DNA from: a candidate division WOR-3 bacterium
GTDB lineage: Bacteria; SDB-A
DNA length: 46,480 nucleotides
Reading direction: 5' to 3'
Assembly: GCA_016934535.1 (NCBI GenBank)
Contig: JAFGSQ010000042.1
Coordinates: 1 to 46,480, forward strand
The position numbers and the translations under genes were made by a program. Shown here piece by piece: positions 9,151 to 17,504 of the stretch (positions within the stretch are counted from its first letter, which is position 1; every line of letters begins with the position of its first letter). The notes under the pieces were generated by a model. The model saw only the letters and a program-made list of their open reading frames with translations. It searched no databases and was not told where the DNA came from.

Positions 9151-10842
9151 TTACAGCGAAGATGTTTCGCGAATCATTTCTTCAAGGGTCGTCAGCCCTT
9201 TTTTTACCTTGTCGAGCGCGTCGTTTCTCATGGACACCATGCCTTCTTCTTCCGCAGCTCTCTTCAACGCCGTCGAAGATTCGTTGTCGACGACCATTTG
9301 CCTGAGTTTCTTTGAAATCGGCATAACCTCTGTTATGGCGACCCTCCCTTTATATCCTGTGTTGTTGCAAGTCCCGCACCCTCTTCCTTTGTAGAACACG
9401 GAATTTTTTATCTCTTCCTCGGACAGGCCTACTTCCACCAAAAATTTTTCCGGATAAACAAAAGGCGCCTTGCAGTTCGAACATATCTTTCTCACGAGCC
9501 TCTGGGCTTGAATCAGATTCAAAGACGCCGCGACCAGAAAAGGTTTCACCCCCATGTCGACAAGCCTGTTCACCGTAGACGGAGCGTCGTTAGTGTGAAT
9601 GGTCGAAAGGACCAGCTGTCCTGCAAGAGCGGCCCTGATGGCGATTTCCCCTGTTTCGGTGTCCCTTATTTCTCCTACCATTACGATGTCAGGAGCGTGC
9701 CTGAGGATCGATCTTAAAGCGCTCGGGAAATCAAAACCTATATCGGCGTTAATTGGGACCTGGTTTATTCCTCTGAGGTTATACTCAACGGGATCTTCTA
9801 CCGTTAGTATCTGAATGTTTGGTCTGTTAAGCCTGCTCAGAGCTGAATAAAGAGTCGTTGATTTTCCGCTTCCCGTAGGCCCCGTAATCAGAATAATTCC
9901 GTAGGGTCTTTCGAGGGAGTCTTCGAAATATTTTCTGGATTTTTCAGAAAAACCGAGGTCTTTCAAATCCACCATAAGGCTGCTTTTGTCAAGTATTCTC
10001 ATCACTATCTTTTCGCCTATAACCGTTGGAATGACACTTACCCTGAGGTCTATGTCTCTTCCTCTGAAACGCCATTGTATCCTGCCGTCCTGGGGTTTGA
10101 AATGTTCGGAAATGTCCATTTTTGAAAGTATCTTCACTCTTTGAATTATGGCGAGACTGAATTTTCCGGGGGCGTCGACGACTTCCTGCAAAACGCCGTC
10201 AATTCTCATCCTCACTCTCTGTCTTTTACCAATGAATTCAATGTGTATATCACTGGCCTTTCTCGCAACCGCGTCGTCAATTATGTATTTGACGAAATCG
10301 GCGGCCTGAGAAGACGTACCGAAAGACACTTCTTCTTCGTATTCTTCCTCTACCTGCAGATCTCCTCTGTCTTTTTCGGTTGTCGCCTGGCTTTCCATCG
10401 CAACCAATCCTCCTCCGTGCAGAGGATAATACTTTTCCAGATATTTTTGCATCTGGCTGTCGCGTACGTAACATCTTTCCGGATTCAGTCCCGTAAGGAA
10501 ACTGACTTCGGCGAAAGCTTCTTCGTCGAGAGGATTGACCATTCCTAGAACAAGCGATTTTCCCTTTCTTTGAACAGGGAATATCCTGTACTTATTCGCT
10601 ATTTCAGGTTTGATAAGCTCGAGTACAACGGGATCAGGATTCTGTTCGGTGAGATCTATAGCTTTAAAATTGTAGTCTTTTGCGAAAAAAGACATCAATC
10701 TCTGTTCGGAGATGTGGCCGCTTTTAATTAAAACCGCTATATCCGAATCACCGGTTTCGTTCCTTTTTTCTTCGACCGCGTTAATCTGGCTTTTCGTTAT
10801 CAGTCTCGCGTTCAACAGTGCGTTCAAAAGTTCCTTGGCCAT
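9151..10842 (-). CDS. pilB: Type IV pilus assembly ATPase PilB, second copy (degenerate MshEN N-terminus)
   Basis: ASDIHIE, PQDGRI, GPTGSGKSTT, EDPVEY, GEIRD, CSNC...CGTC Zn motif. Confidence 0.9.
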   Translation of the reverse strand: MAKELLNALLNARLITKSQINAVEEKRNETGDSDIAVLIKSGHISEQRLMSFFAKDYNFKAIDLTEQNPDPVVLELIKPEIANKYRIFPVQRKGKSLVLGMVNPLDEEAFAEVSFLTGLNPERCYVRDSQMQKYLEKYYPLHGGGLVAMESQATTEKDRGDLQVEEEYEEEVSFGTSSQAADFVKYIIDDAVARKASDIHIEFIGKRQRVRMRIDGVLQEVVDAPGKFSLAIIQRVKILSKMDISEHFKPQDGRIQWRFRGRDIDLRVSVIPTVIGEKIVMRILDKSSLMVDLKDLGFSEKSRKYFEDSLERPYGIILITGPTGSGKSTTLYSALSRLNRPNIQILTVEDPVEYNLRGINQVPINADIGFDFPSALRSILRHAPDIVMVGEIRDTETGEIAIRAALAGQLVLSTIHTNDAPSTVNRLVDMGVKPFLVAASLNLIQAQRLVRKICSNCKAPFVYPEKFLVEVGLSEEEIKNSVFYKGRGCGTCNNTGYKGRVAITEVMPISKKLRQMVVDNESSTALKRAAEEEGMVSMRNDALDKVKKGLTTLEEMIRETSSL

Positions 10843-12551
10843 CAGAGCTCCGCCGTTTCTTTTATGACTTCTTCGATGTCTGTTTCCTGCCCCATGACCG
10901 ACATGAAACCGTGTTCTCTCAAAGTCAGCATCCCTTCTTCAACTGCCGTTTTGTTCAGTTCGTCAGTCGTAGCCCTGCTGAGAACCAGTTCTTTCAGCCT
11001 GGGAGACATATACATCACCTCAAAAATGGCTTTTCTTCCCGCGTAGCCTGTTTTTTGGCACATTTCACAGCCTACTCCCTTGAAAAGCGCGACTTGGCTG
11101 AATCTTGTCGGATCGACTCCAACCTCCTTGAGCACCTGCTCGGAAATTCTTATTTGCCTGCGGCAGTGAGGACAGGTCTTTTTTATAAGTCTTTGAGCGA
11201 CCACGAGAGTGAGCGTTGAAGCGATTAGAAACGGTTCGACTCCCATATCTATAAGTCTCGTCACTGTCGCCGCCGCAGTATTGCTGTGGACTGAAGACAT
11301 GACAAGATGACCTGTCAGAGACGCTCTGACAGCTATTTCGGCGGTTTCTCTGTCCCTTATTTCTCCCACCATTATCACGTTCGGGTCCTGTCTCAAATAA
11401 GCCCTGAGAGCCAAAGCGAAAGTCAGTCCCGCCGACTGGCTCATCTGAACCTGATTTATTCCCTGAAGTATATACTCGACGGGGTCTTCTGCTGTTGTTA
11501 TGTTTATTTCGACGCTGTTTATTTCTGTCATCCCGGCATACAATGTCGTGGTCTTCCCGCATCCGCTTGGTCCGCTTACGATGATTATTCCATAAGGATT
11601 ATGTATGGCTTTTTTGAAATACTCAAATCCCCTCATGTCCATTCCGAGTTCGTCTATCTTGAAGCTGACGTTTGATTTATCCAGCACTCTGACTGCGATT
11701 TTCTCTCCGAAAATTGTCGGGATCACCGCCATCCTGAAATCGACCAGCCTGCTCCCTGATTTCATTGTCAATCTTCCGTCCTGTGGTCTTCTTCTCTCGT
11801 CCGGTTTCATGCCTCCTAAAAGTTTTATGTACGTTGTTATGCTCTGCCCCAGGGCAAAGTTGGGGGATGCAATCTCGTGAAGAAGTCCGTCAATTCTGAA
11901 ACGGACACGCAGTTCTTTTTCATACGGTTCTATGTGAAAGTCTGAACATTTTTTGTCAACAGCCATTTTCAGCATTTTTGAAACAAACTGCTGGGCGGGC
12001 GCTTTTGATTCGCTTTCGAGCCTGTCGAGATCCATTATGCCTTTGCCGATTTCCACCGAATCTGCACCTTGAAGTATGTCCGCGTCGTCGACAACTTCTA
12101 CTGTCGAAGTAACCACGTCGAGGGCTCCCTGAACCTTATAATATTTGCTCAACGCATTCAAAACGGCTATTTCAGCCGCGACGACAGGTTCTATCTCATA
12201 TCCGAGTCCAAACCTGACGGCTTCAATAGCACCTTGATCGAACGGATTGACCATTGCTATCCTCAGTGTTTTCCCCACCCTGGAAATTGGTATCATCTGA
12301 TGTTTCAAAGCCATGTTCGCGGGGACCAGTTTAATAATGTTCCTGTCCAGATTGAGAATGCCTATCTCGATACCCGGTACGTGAAGTTTTTTTCCGAGAG
12401 TCTGCACAAGTTGTGCTTCTTTAATATAACCGAGGTGTATAAGAATACTACCCAATCTGCCAGTGCCCCTTCGCTGCTGTTCCACGAGGGCCTTATCAAG
12501 CTGATCTTTTGTAATCAGCTTTTCAGTTACAAGAATTTCGCCAATTTTCAT
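10842..12551 (-). CDS. pilB: Type IV pilus assembly ATPase PilB, first copy (intact MshEN-like N-terminus)
   Basis: KIGEILV..RLGSILIHLG N-terminus, SDFHIEP, GPSGCGKTTT, LRQDPN..GEIRD, CPHC...CEMC. Confidence 0.9.
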   Translation of the reverse strand: MKIGEILVTEKLITKDQLDKALVEQQRRGTGRLGSILIHLGYIKEAQLVQTLGKKLHVPGIEIGILNLDRNIIKLVPANMALKHQMIPISRVGKTLRIAMVNPFDQGAIEAVRFGLGYEIEPVVAAEIAVLNALSKYYKVQGALDVVTSTVEVVDDADILQGADSVEIGKGIMDLDRLESESKAPAQQFVSKMLKMAVDKKCSDFHIEPYEKELRVRFRIDGLLHEIASPNFALGQSITTYIKLLGGMKPDERRRPQDGRLTMKSGSRLVDFRMAVIPTIFGEKIAVRVLDKSNVSFKIDELGMDMRGFEYFKKAIHNPYGIIIVSGPSGCGKTTTLYAGMTEINSVEINITTAEDPVEYILQGINQVQMSQSAGLTFALALRAYLRQDPNVIMVGEIRDRETAEIAVRASLTGHLVMSSVHSNTAAATVTRLIDMGVEPFLIASTLTLVVAQRLIKKTCPHCRRQIRISEQVLKEVGVDPTRFSQVALFKGVGCEMCQKTGYAGRKAIFEVMYMSPRLKELVLSRATTDELNKTAVEEGMLTLREHGFMSVMGQETDIEEVIKETAEL

Positions 12552-12573
12552 AAATATCTTTTACCGATAAAAA

Positions 12574-12602
12574 ATTATTAAATGCTGTTCTTGTTTTGTC
12601 AA
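12574..12602 (-). promoter_or_regulatory. Putative sigma70 promoter of the pil operon
   Basis: Minus strand TTGACA (12602-12597), N17, AATAAT (12579-12574), ending 22 nt before the pilB ATG. Confidence 0.5.
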
Positions 12603-12657
12603 TTAAATTGATCGTGATCAGACATTTTTTGTCTTTTACACATTGGCTTTAAAAAGT

Positions 12658-13155
12658 TCAAAGAGTTATTAAACTTTCAATTTTTGAATACTTCGCGGGT
12701 CCAATACCCCTGACGTTCTGTATGTCCTGTTTTCTCGAGAACGGACCGTGCTCGTTTCTGTAATCAATTATTCTTTGTGCAATAACCGGACCTATTCCGG
12801 GAAGTGTTTCGAGCATTCTGGCGTCAGAGGAGTTTATGTTCACTGTTGCAAGAGGAGCGCTCTGATTTTCACGAGCTTCCGGAATGCTCTCTTGTTCTCC
12901 GGACATGACAGACGTTAAAACAGTGTCTACAGGCAAACAAGATGAATCGACAATCGTGTCTCTAAAACAGATCTCCTGTAAAAAAGCTGTTTTCTCCTGC
13001 AGAAAAATAAAAGCAGAACTCCCATTTTCGTGTTCGCTTATGAATTCTAGCCGGCTTTTTCTTTTTTCCCTTATCATCAAGCCGAATATCCCTATTGAAA
13101 AAACGATCAAAAGGCAGCAAAGTAGAGCCAGTTCATCCTTAGACAGTGATTCCAT
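12658..13155 (-). CDS. comEA: ComEA-family helix-hairpin-helix DNA-binding/uptake protein
   Basis: N-terminal TM, then VNINS..LETLPGIGPVIAQRIIDYR..GPF..VRGIG. ATG at 13155 preferred over the TTG at 13185. Confidence 0.85.
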   Translation of the reverse strand: MESLSKDELALLCCLLIVFSIGIFGLMIREKRKSRLEFISEHENGSSAFIFLQEKTAFLQEICFRDTIVDSSCLPVDTVLTSVMSGEQESIPEARENQSAPLATVNINSSDARMLETLPGIGPVIAQRIIDYRNEHGPFSRKQDIQNVRGIGPAKYSKIESLITL

Positions 13156-13711
13156 ACTTTTCAGCCATAGAAATAAACAAAGCAAGCGGAAATCCTACTA
13201 CGTTATCGACAAATCCTTTTACACAGTCAATCATGAAACTGCCAAGCCCCTGTATCGCGTAACCTCCTGCTTTTCCGTACCATTCTCCGCTATCAAGATA
13301 CAATCTAATGTCTTTTTCAGTCAACTGTTTGAAATGAACCCAGGTAACCGACACTTCAGTTGTGTAATCGTTTTCGTATCCGCAAGTTACAGCTGTTGTT
13401 ACGGTGTGAAAGATTCCGGAAAGTCTTTCGAGATGGCTTTTCGCCAGGGTCCGGTTTTCAGGTTTTACCAGGATTTCATCATTCAGAGAAACGACAGTAT
13501 CTGCGCTGACAATAAACACATCTTTCCCGCATTTATTAACGGCATCATTAAACTTTGTTTCAGATATCCGGCGCGCGTATCTTTCCGGATTTTCGTTTTT
13601 AAACGGAGTCTCGTCTACATTGGGGATTAATTCAGAAAAATCAGCATTTATAGCTTTAAGAAAAAAACTCCGCCTGCTTGAGGCGGAGGCTAAACATATT
13701 TTCTCCCGCAC
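13139..13711 (-). CDS. maf: Maf-family nucleoside triphosphate pyrophosphatase (YhdE-like)
   Basis: LASASSRR, VDE, ADTVV, KP, KAGGYAIQG, NVVGFP. Confidence 0.92.
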   Translation of the reverse strand: MREKICLASASSRRSFFLKAINADFSELIPNVDETPFKNENPERYARRISETKFNDAVNKCGKDVFIVSADTVVSLNDEILVKPENRTLAKSHLERLSGIFHTVTTAVTCGYENDYTTEVSVTWVHFKQLTEKDIRLYLDSGEWYGKAGGYAIQGLGSFMIDCVKGFVDNVVGFPLALFISMAEKYGITV

Positions 13712-13719
13712 CGATCCTT

Positions 13720-14004
13720 TTATTTTTTCGTCTTGTCAACCATTGTCTTCAGTGATGAAGAAGGAGAGAAATGAGGAACTTTTTTCGCTTTGATTTTAAT
13801 TACTTGCTGAGTCTGGGGATTTCTTCCTTTACGCGCTTTTCTGTTTTTCACTCCAAAAGTGCCGAATCCCACCAATGTCACTTTCTTGCCTTTTTTCAGA
13901 GAGTCTTGAACGGCGCCGATAAAACTTTCAAGAGCTTTCTGAGACTGCGTTTTTGTCAATTTTGTTTCGGCAGCAATTCTATCTATCAATTCGCCTTTGT
14001 TCAT
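13720..14004 (-). CDS. hup: Histone-like DNA-binding protein HU
   Basis: MNKGELI..., GFGTF, RKGRNPQT; GGAGG RBS. Confidence 0.95.
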   Translation of the reverse strand: MNKGELIDRIAAETKLTKTQSQKALESFIGAVQDSLKKGKKVTLVGFGTFGVKNRKARKGRNPQTQQVIKIKAKKVPHFSPSSSLKTMVDKTKK

Positions 14005-14118
14005 TCTACCAACCTCCCTTTAAGGTTTGTTGACTGTTTATCAATAATCACAGAACCACAAAACATTGTATTTGTCAATGTTTTTTATACACTATTTAAT
14101 AAATTTTTGGAATTAATA

Positions 14119-16179
14119 CTATATACGGGGTACAAAAAAGCTGACCATGCTTCTCATAATTTTGACGTCCTGAATCGATTTTATTCTGACAGTGAACGAA
14201 TAATTCCATGCATCACCAAACTTCTGCCAGGTAAAAAAGGCTTCCCAGCAATGGAGATCCCTGTAAACACTAAGTGATTGATTGACCATGCTGTTTTTTT
14301 CTATATCCCATCTCGCGCTGTAAGTAACCTTCCAGTTGTCAGTAGGATCGAAACCGGCTGTGAACCAGACCTGCTGGTTTTTCGAAAATCTGTCCTTCGA
14401 GTATGAATACGAAGCGATAAAGTTCCACGGATGGCTTTTGTCGTCAAAATAATAACTGCTCGCGATATCTCCCGAAAAATACGCCGTCAGATAGTAAGAC
14501 GAAAACAACCTTTCGAATGTGTAAGGATCATATAACCACCTACAAGATATAGTAAATTTTTCTGAAAATCTGCTGTTGAGAGAAAGCGAAAGATCGGAAA
14601 ATTGCTTTTCGTCTTTTTCAAAATCGTAGTTTATGGAAGTTCCCAGCGAAAATAATTCGTATTTTCTGGGCACTTCTCCGCTCTGCCATTTCATCTGAAA
14701 AGACTGCTGAAGAGAAAAATTCATTCTCGACACTGTATTCCCTACGGAAAACTGATACGTTGTATCTCCGAAGGTTCCCGAAACGGCTGGCGGAGAATAT
14801 GTGTATGAGACGGCTGGATTCAATACATGTCTTATCCTTTTGAGCGATCCAGCGCTCCAGTCAGTCAAACCGTAAATAAAAGTCGAAACGGACACGGTAG
14901 AAGACCAGGCTCTTGTGTACAAATATGAACTGCTGGTGTCTGATTTTCGGACCCAGGCGTTTCCGTTTACACTCGGATTTAAGTTGAAAAAGCCGAAAAT
15001 TTTCACGGGATTCTGCAAACCGGCGCTCATGCTTACTTCATCAGTCCTGAATGAACCCGCGGTGTCGCTTTCCACGGTTCTCAAGTATCTTCCGGAATTC
15101 GAAAAATACAGATTCACAGGGTCTATACCTGAAAATATTCTTTTTGAAAAAACGGTGTATGTCATTTCAGGCATTCTGTAAAACACCTTGTCCGCAAGCA
15201 AATCCTCTGTTCTGAGCAACAACATCTGACCTGTCAGCAATTTCCAGTTTTTTGAAACGGACAGATAAGACGAAGTTTGTTTGTTGAGATCTACCAGAAC
15301 ATCCGTGCCGTAATCGATTCTATACCTCTTGTCGCTTTGCCAGTCAGCTCTGGCAAGTATCTGGGTGGTTGAATTCCATTTATGAAAATGATTTCCTTCA
15401 ATTCTCCACCTTTCGATTCCTGTGTCCGTTTCCCTGATGTATGCAAAACCAAAATTTCCGGAGAGATAAGGATTGACAAGATATATTCCGGAGACATTGA
15501 ATCTCGCACCTTTTTTTTCCATTATGTCTACTGAAAAAGTAGCGTCAGAATAGTCGTTGATTGCCCAGAAGTACGCAATGTTTTTTACGTACCGTCCTTC
15601 CGTGGAACTGTTCCCGACGTTTGGAAAAAGGAATCCGCTGTACCTTCCTCTTTTTATGGGGAAAAACCACCAGGGCAGTGCAAAAACGGGAACGTCGCCT
15701 ATGAAAAGAACGACGGGTTCAGCGATGAGCATTCCGTTTTGCTCCACGACCATCGCTCTTCCCCAAAAGTGATAATGCGGTTCTTCTTCGTCGCATGTGG
15801 TGAATGTCCCCCTTGAAACGAACCACAGGTCCCCTTTTACCTGCCAAACAGTGTCCCCCGTGAAAAAACCTTCCGTTATGGCTGTTCTTCCAGCGTCTAC
15901 TATACCGTATTTGGTATCTATGTTGAAAATCATGTGTTCTCCGGATAGTTCCTGATCTTTTTGTATAATCCTCATGCTGCCAATGACTTCAACGATTTTC
16001 TCTTCCGGGTAAAAAATAATTGTGTCTCCGTAAAGCTTTATGTCTCCGTATTCCACGTAAGCTGAATCACAAAGAATGACTTTTTTCGAAAGCCAGTCGT
16101 ACAGCATTTTTCCGCAGGAATAGTTGACGATTGTTGCTTGGCCTGAAAGCCCGAAAAACAGCAGAATAACCGCGATCAC
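14119..16179 (-). CDS. lptD: Putative LPS-assembly outer-membrane protein LptD
   Basis: Signal peptide, OstA-like N-terminus, FTTCD...PHY, PVFALP, RYSGFLFP, beta-strand-rich body, RDLHCWE near the C-terminus. Confidence 0.8.
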   Translation of the reverse strand: MIAVILLFFGLSGQATIVNYSCGKMLYDWLSKKVILCDSAYVEYGDIKLYGDTIIFYPEEKIVEVIGSMRIIQKDQELSGEHMIFNIDTKYGIVDAGRTAITEGFFTGDTVWQVKGDLWFVSRGTFTTCDEEEPHYHFWGRAMVVEQNGMLIAEPVVLFIGDVPVFALPWWFFPIKRGRYSGFLFPNVGNSSTEGRYVKNIAYFWAINDYSDATFSVDIMEKKGARFNVSGIYLVNPYLSGNFGFAYIRETDTGIERWRIEGNHFHKWNSTTQILARADWQSDKRYRIDYGTDVLVDLNKQTSSYLSVSKNWKLLTGQMLLLRTEDLLADKVFYRMPEMTYTVFSKRIFSGIDPVNLYFSNSGRYLRTVESDTAGSFRTDEVSMSAGLQNPVKIFGFFNLNPSVNGNAWVRKSDTSSSYLYTRAWSSTVSVSTFIYGLTDWSAGSLKRIRHVLNPAVSYTYSPPAVSGTFGDTTYQFSVGNTVSRMNFSLQQSFQMKWQSGEVPRKYELFSLGTSINYDFEKDEKQFSDLSLSLNSRFSEKFTISCRWLYDPYTFERLFSSYYLTAYFSGDIASSYYFDDKSHPWNFIASYSYSKDRFSKNQQVWFTAGFDPTDNWKVTYSARWDIEKNSMVNQSLSVYRDLHCWEAFFTWQKFGDAWNYSFTVRIKSIQDVKIMRSMVSFFVPRI

Positions 16180-17504
16180 TTCAATCCGTGTCCCTTCATT
16201 TTCTCTCTGAGTGTGTTCCTGTGAATTTTTAAGATGTCTGCTGCTTTCTGAAAGTTTCCGGATGTGACAGCGAGAATTCTCTCTATGTGTTTTTTTTCAA
16301 CAGCCTCGAGCGATAAATCTTCCGTTTCTTTTGCAAACGAAAAATCCGAAACATTTATGACGTTTTCTCTCGCTAAAACAAAAGCTCTTTGAATGGTGTT
16401 TTCCAGCTCTCTGATGTTTCCCTGCCATTGACAGGTTATCAGTTTTTTTTCAGCTTCCCACGAAAGTTGCAATCCTTTTTTTTCGGGAATTTTTTCCGAG
16501 AGATTTTTCATAATTCTCTTTGCAAGAGGAATAATGTCTTCTCTCCTGTCTCTGAGCGGAGGTATTTCTATGTTGACTACGTTGAGCCTGTAAAACAAAT
16601 CTTCTCTGAACCTGCCGTTTTTCATTTCTGAAATCAGATCTTTATTCGTCGCGGCTATTATTCTTACATCAGCTTCAATGGTCTTCTCCCCTCCCAGTTT
16701 TTCGTATGTCTTTTCCGACAAGAACCTCAGCAGCTTGACCTGTATCGTGGGCGTGATGTCCCCGATTTCATCCAAAAAAAGAGATCCTCCTTCGGCAAGT
16801 TCCAATCTGCCTTTTCTCGAAGTTACGGCACCGGTGTATGCTCCTTTCTCTGCTCCGAACAATTCCGCCTCGAGAAGCGTTTCCGGAATTGCCGAACAAT
16901 TAACCGCAATGAAAGGATTCTCCTTTCTCGAAGAAGTTTTGTGTATGGCTCTCGCTACGACCTCTTTTCCCACGCCGCTTTCGCCGGTCAGGAGGACTGA
17001 TATGTTATAGTTAGCCACACGCGATACCAGGGAAAGTACTTCCTTCATCTCTCTGCTTTGCGCAACTATAGGGTGTTCGGAAAATTCTTCCACATACATG
17101 TCCTGTAGAATTCTGCTTTCCCTTATAATCTCAAGCTCTTTCAGTGCTTTCTTAACCAGTTCGGTTAATTCTCCAAGTTTTATAGGTTTTGTCATATAAT
17201 AATACGCGCCGTATTTCATCGCCGTGACAGCACTGTCTATGTTCCCGTAAGCAGTTATAAGAACTACAGGTATTTCAGGGTTTGTCCTACGGCAGTGTTC
17301 GAGAATGGAAAGACCATCTTTGCCGCCCCCGAGTTTTTGATCCGTAATTACCATGTCTACGAGAGAGCCATCGAAAAGCGCTTTCGCTTCGTCGAATCCA
17401 GCAGCGGCCAGAGCTTCGTATCCTTCCTTGGTGAGAGCACCTGCGAGAAGATCTCTTTGATCTTTTTCATCGTCAACGACGAGCAGTTTAAATGTTTTTT
17501 TCAC
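16176..17504 (-). CDS. Sigma54-dependent response regulator (AtoC/ZraR/NtrC family)
   Basis: VVDDE, TDQKL, GESGVGKE, GAYTGA, FLDEIGD, HRNTL HTH. Start is probably GTG 17504 or ATG 17519 rather than 17561. Confidence 0.88.
   Translation of the reverse strand: MKKTFKLLVVDDEKDQRDLLAGALTKEGYEALAAAGFDEAKALFDGSLVDMVITDQKLGGGKDGLSILEHCRRTNPEIPVVLITAYGNIDSAVTAMKYGAYYYMTKPIKLGELTELVKKALKELEIIRESRILQDMYVEEFSEHPIVAQSREMKEVLSLVSRVANYNISVLLTGESGVGKEVVARAIHKTSSRKENPFIAVNCSAIPETLLEAELFGAEKGAYTGAVTSRKGRLELAEGGSLFLDEIGDITPTIQVKLLRFLSEKTYEKLGGEKTIEADVRIIAATNKDLISEMKNGRFREDLFYRLNVVNIEIPPLRDRREDIIPLAKRIMKNLSEKIPEKKGLQLSWEAEKKLITCQWQGNIRELENTIQRAFVLARENVINVSDFSFAKETEDLSLEAVEKKHIERILAVTSGNFQKAADILKIHRNTLREKMKGHGLK

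Noticed and set aside
12884..13630. 248-aa plus-strand ORF
   Set aside because: Entirely antisense to comEA and maf, with no recognisable motif; shadow ORF.
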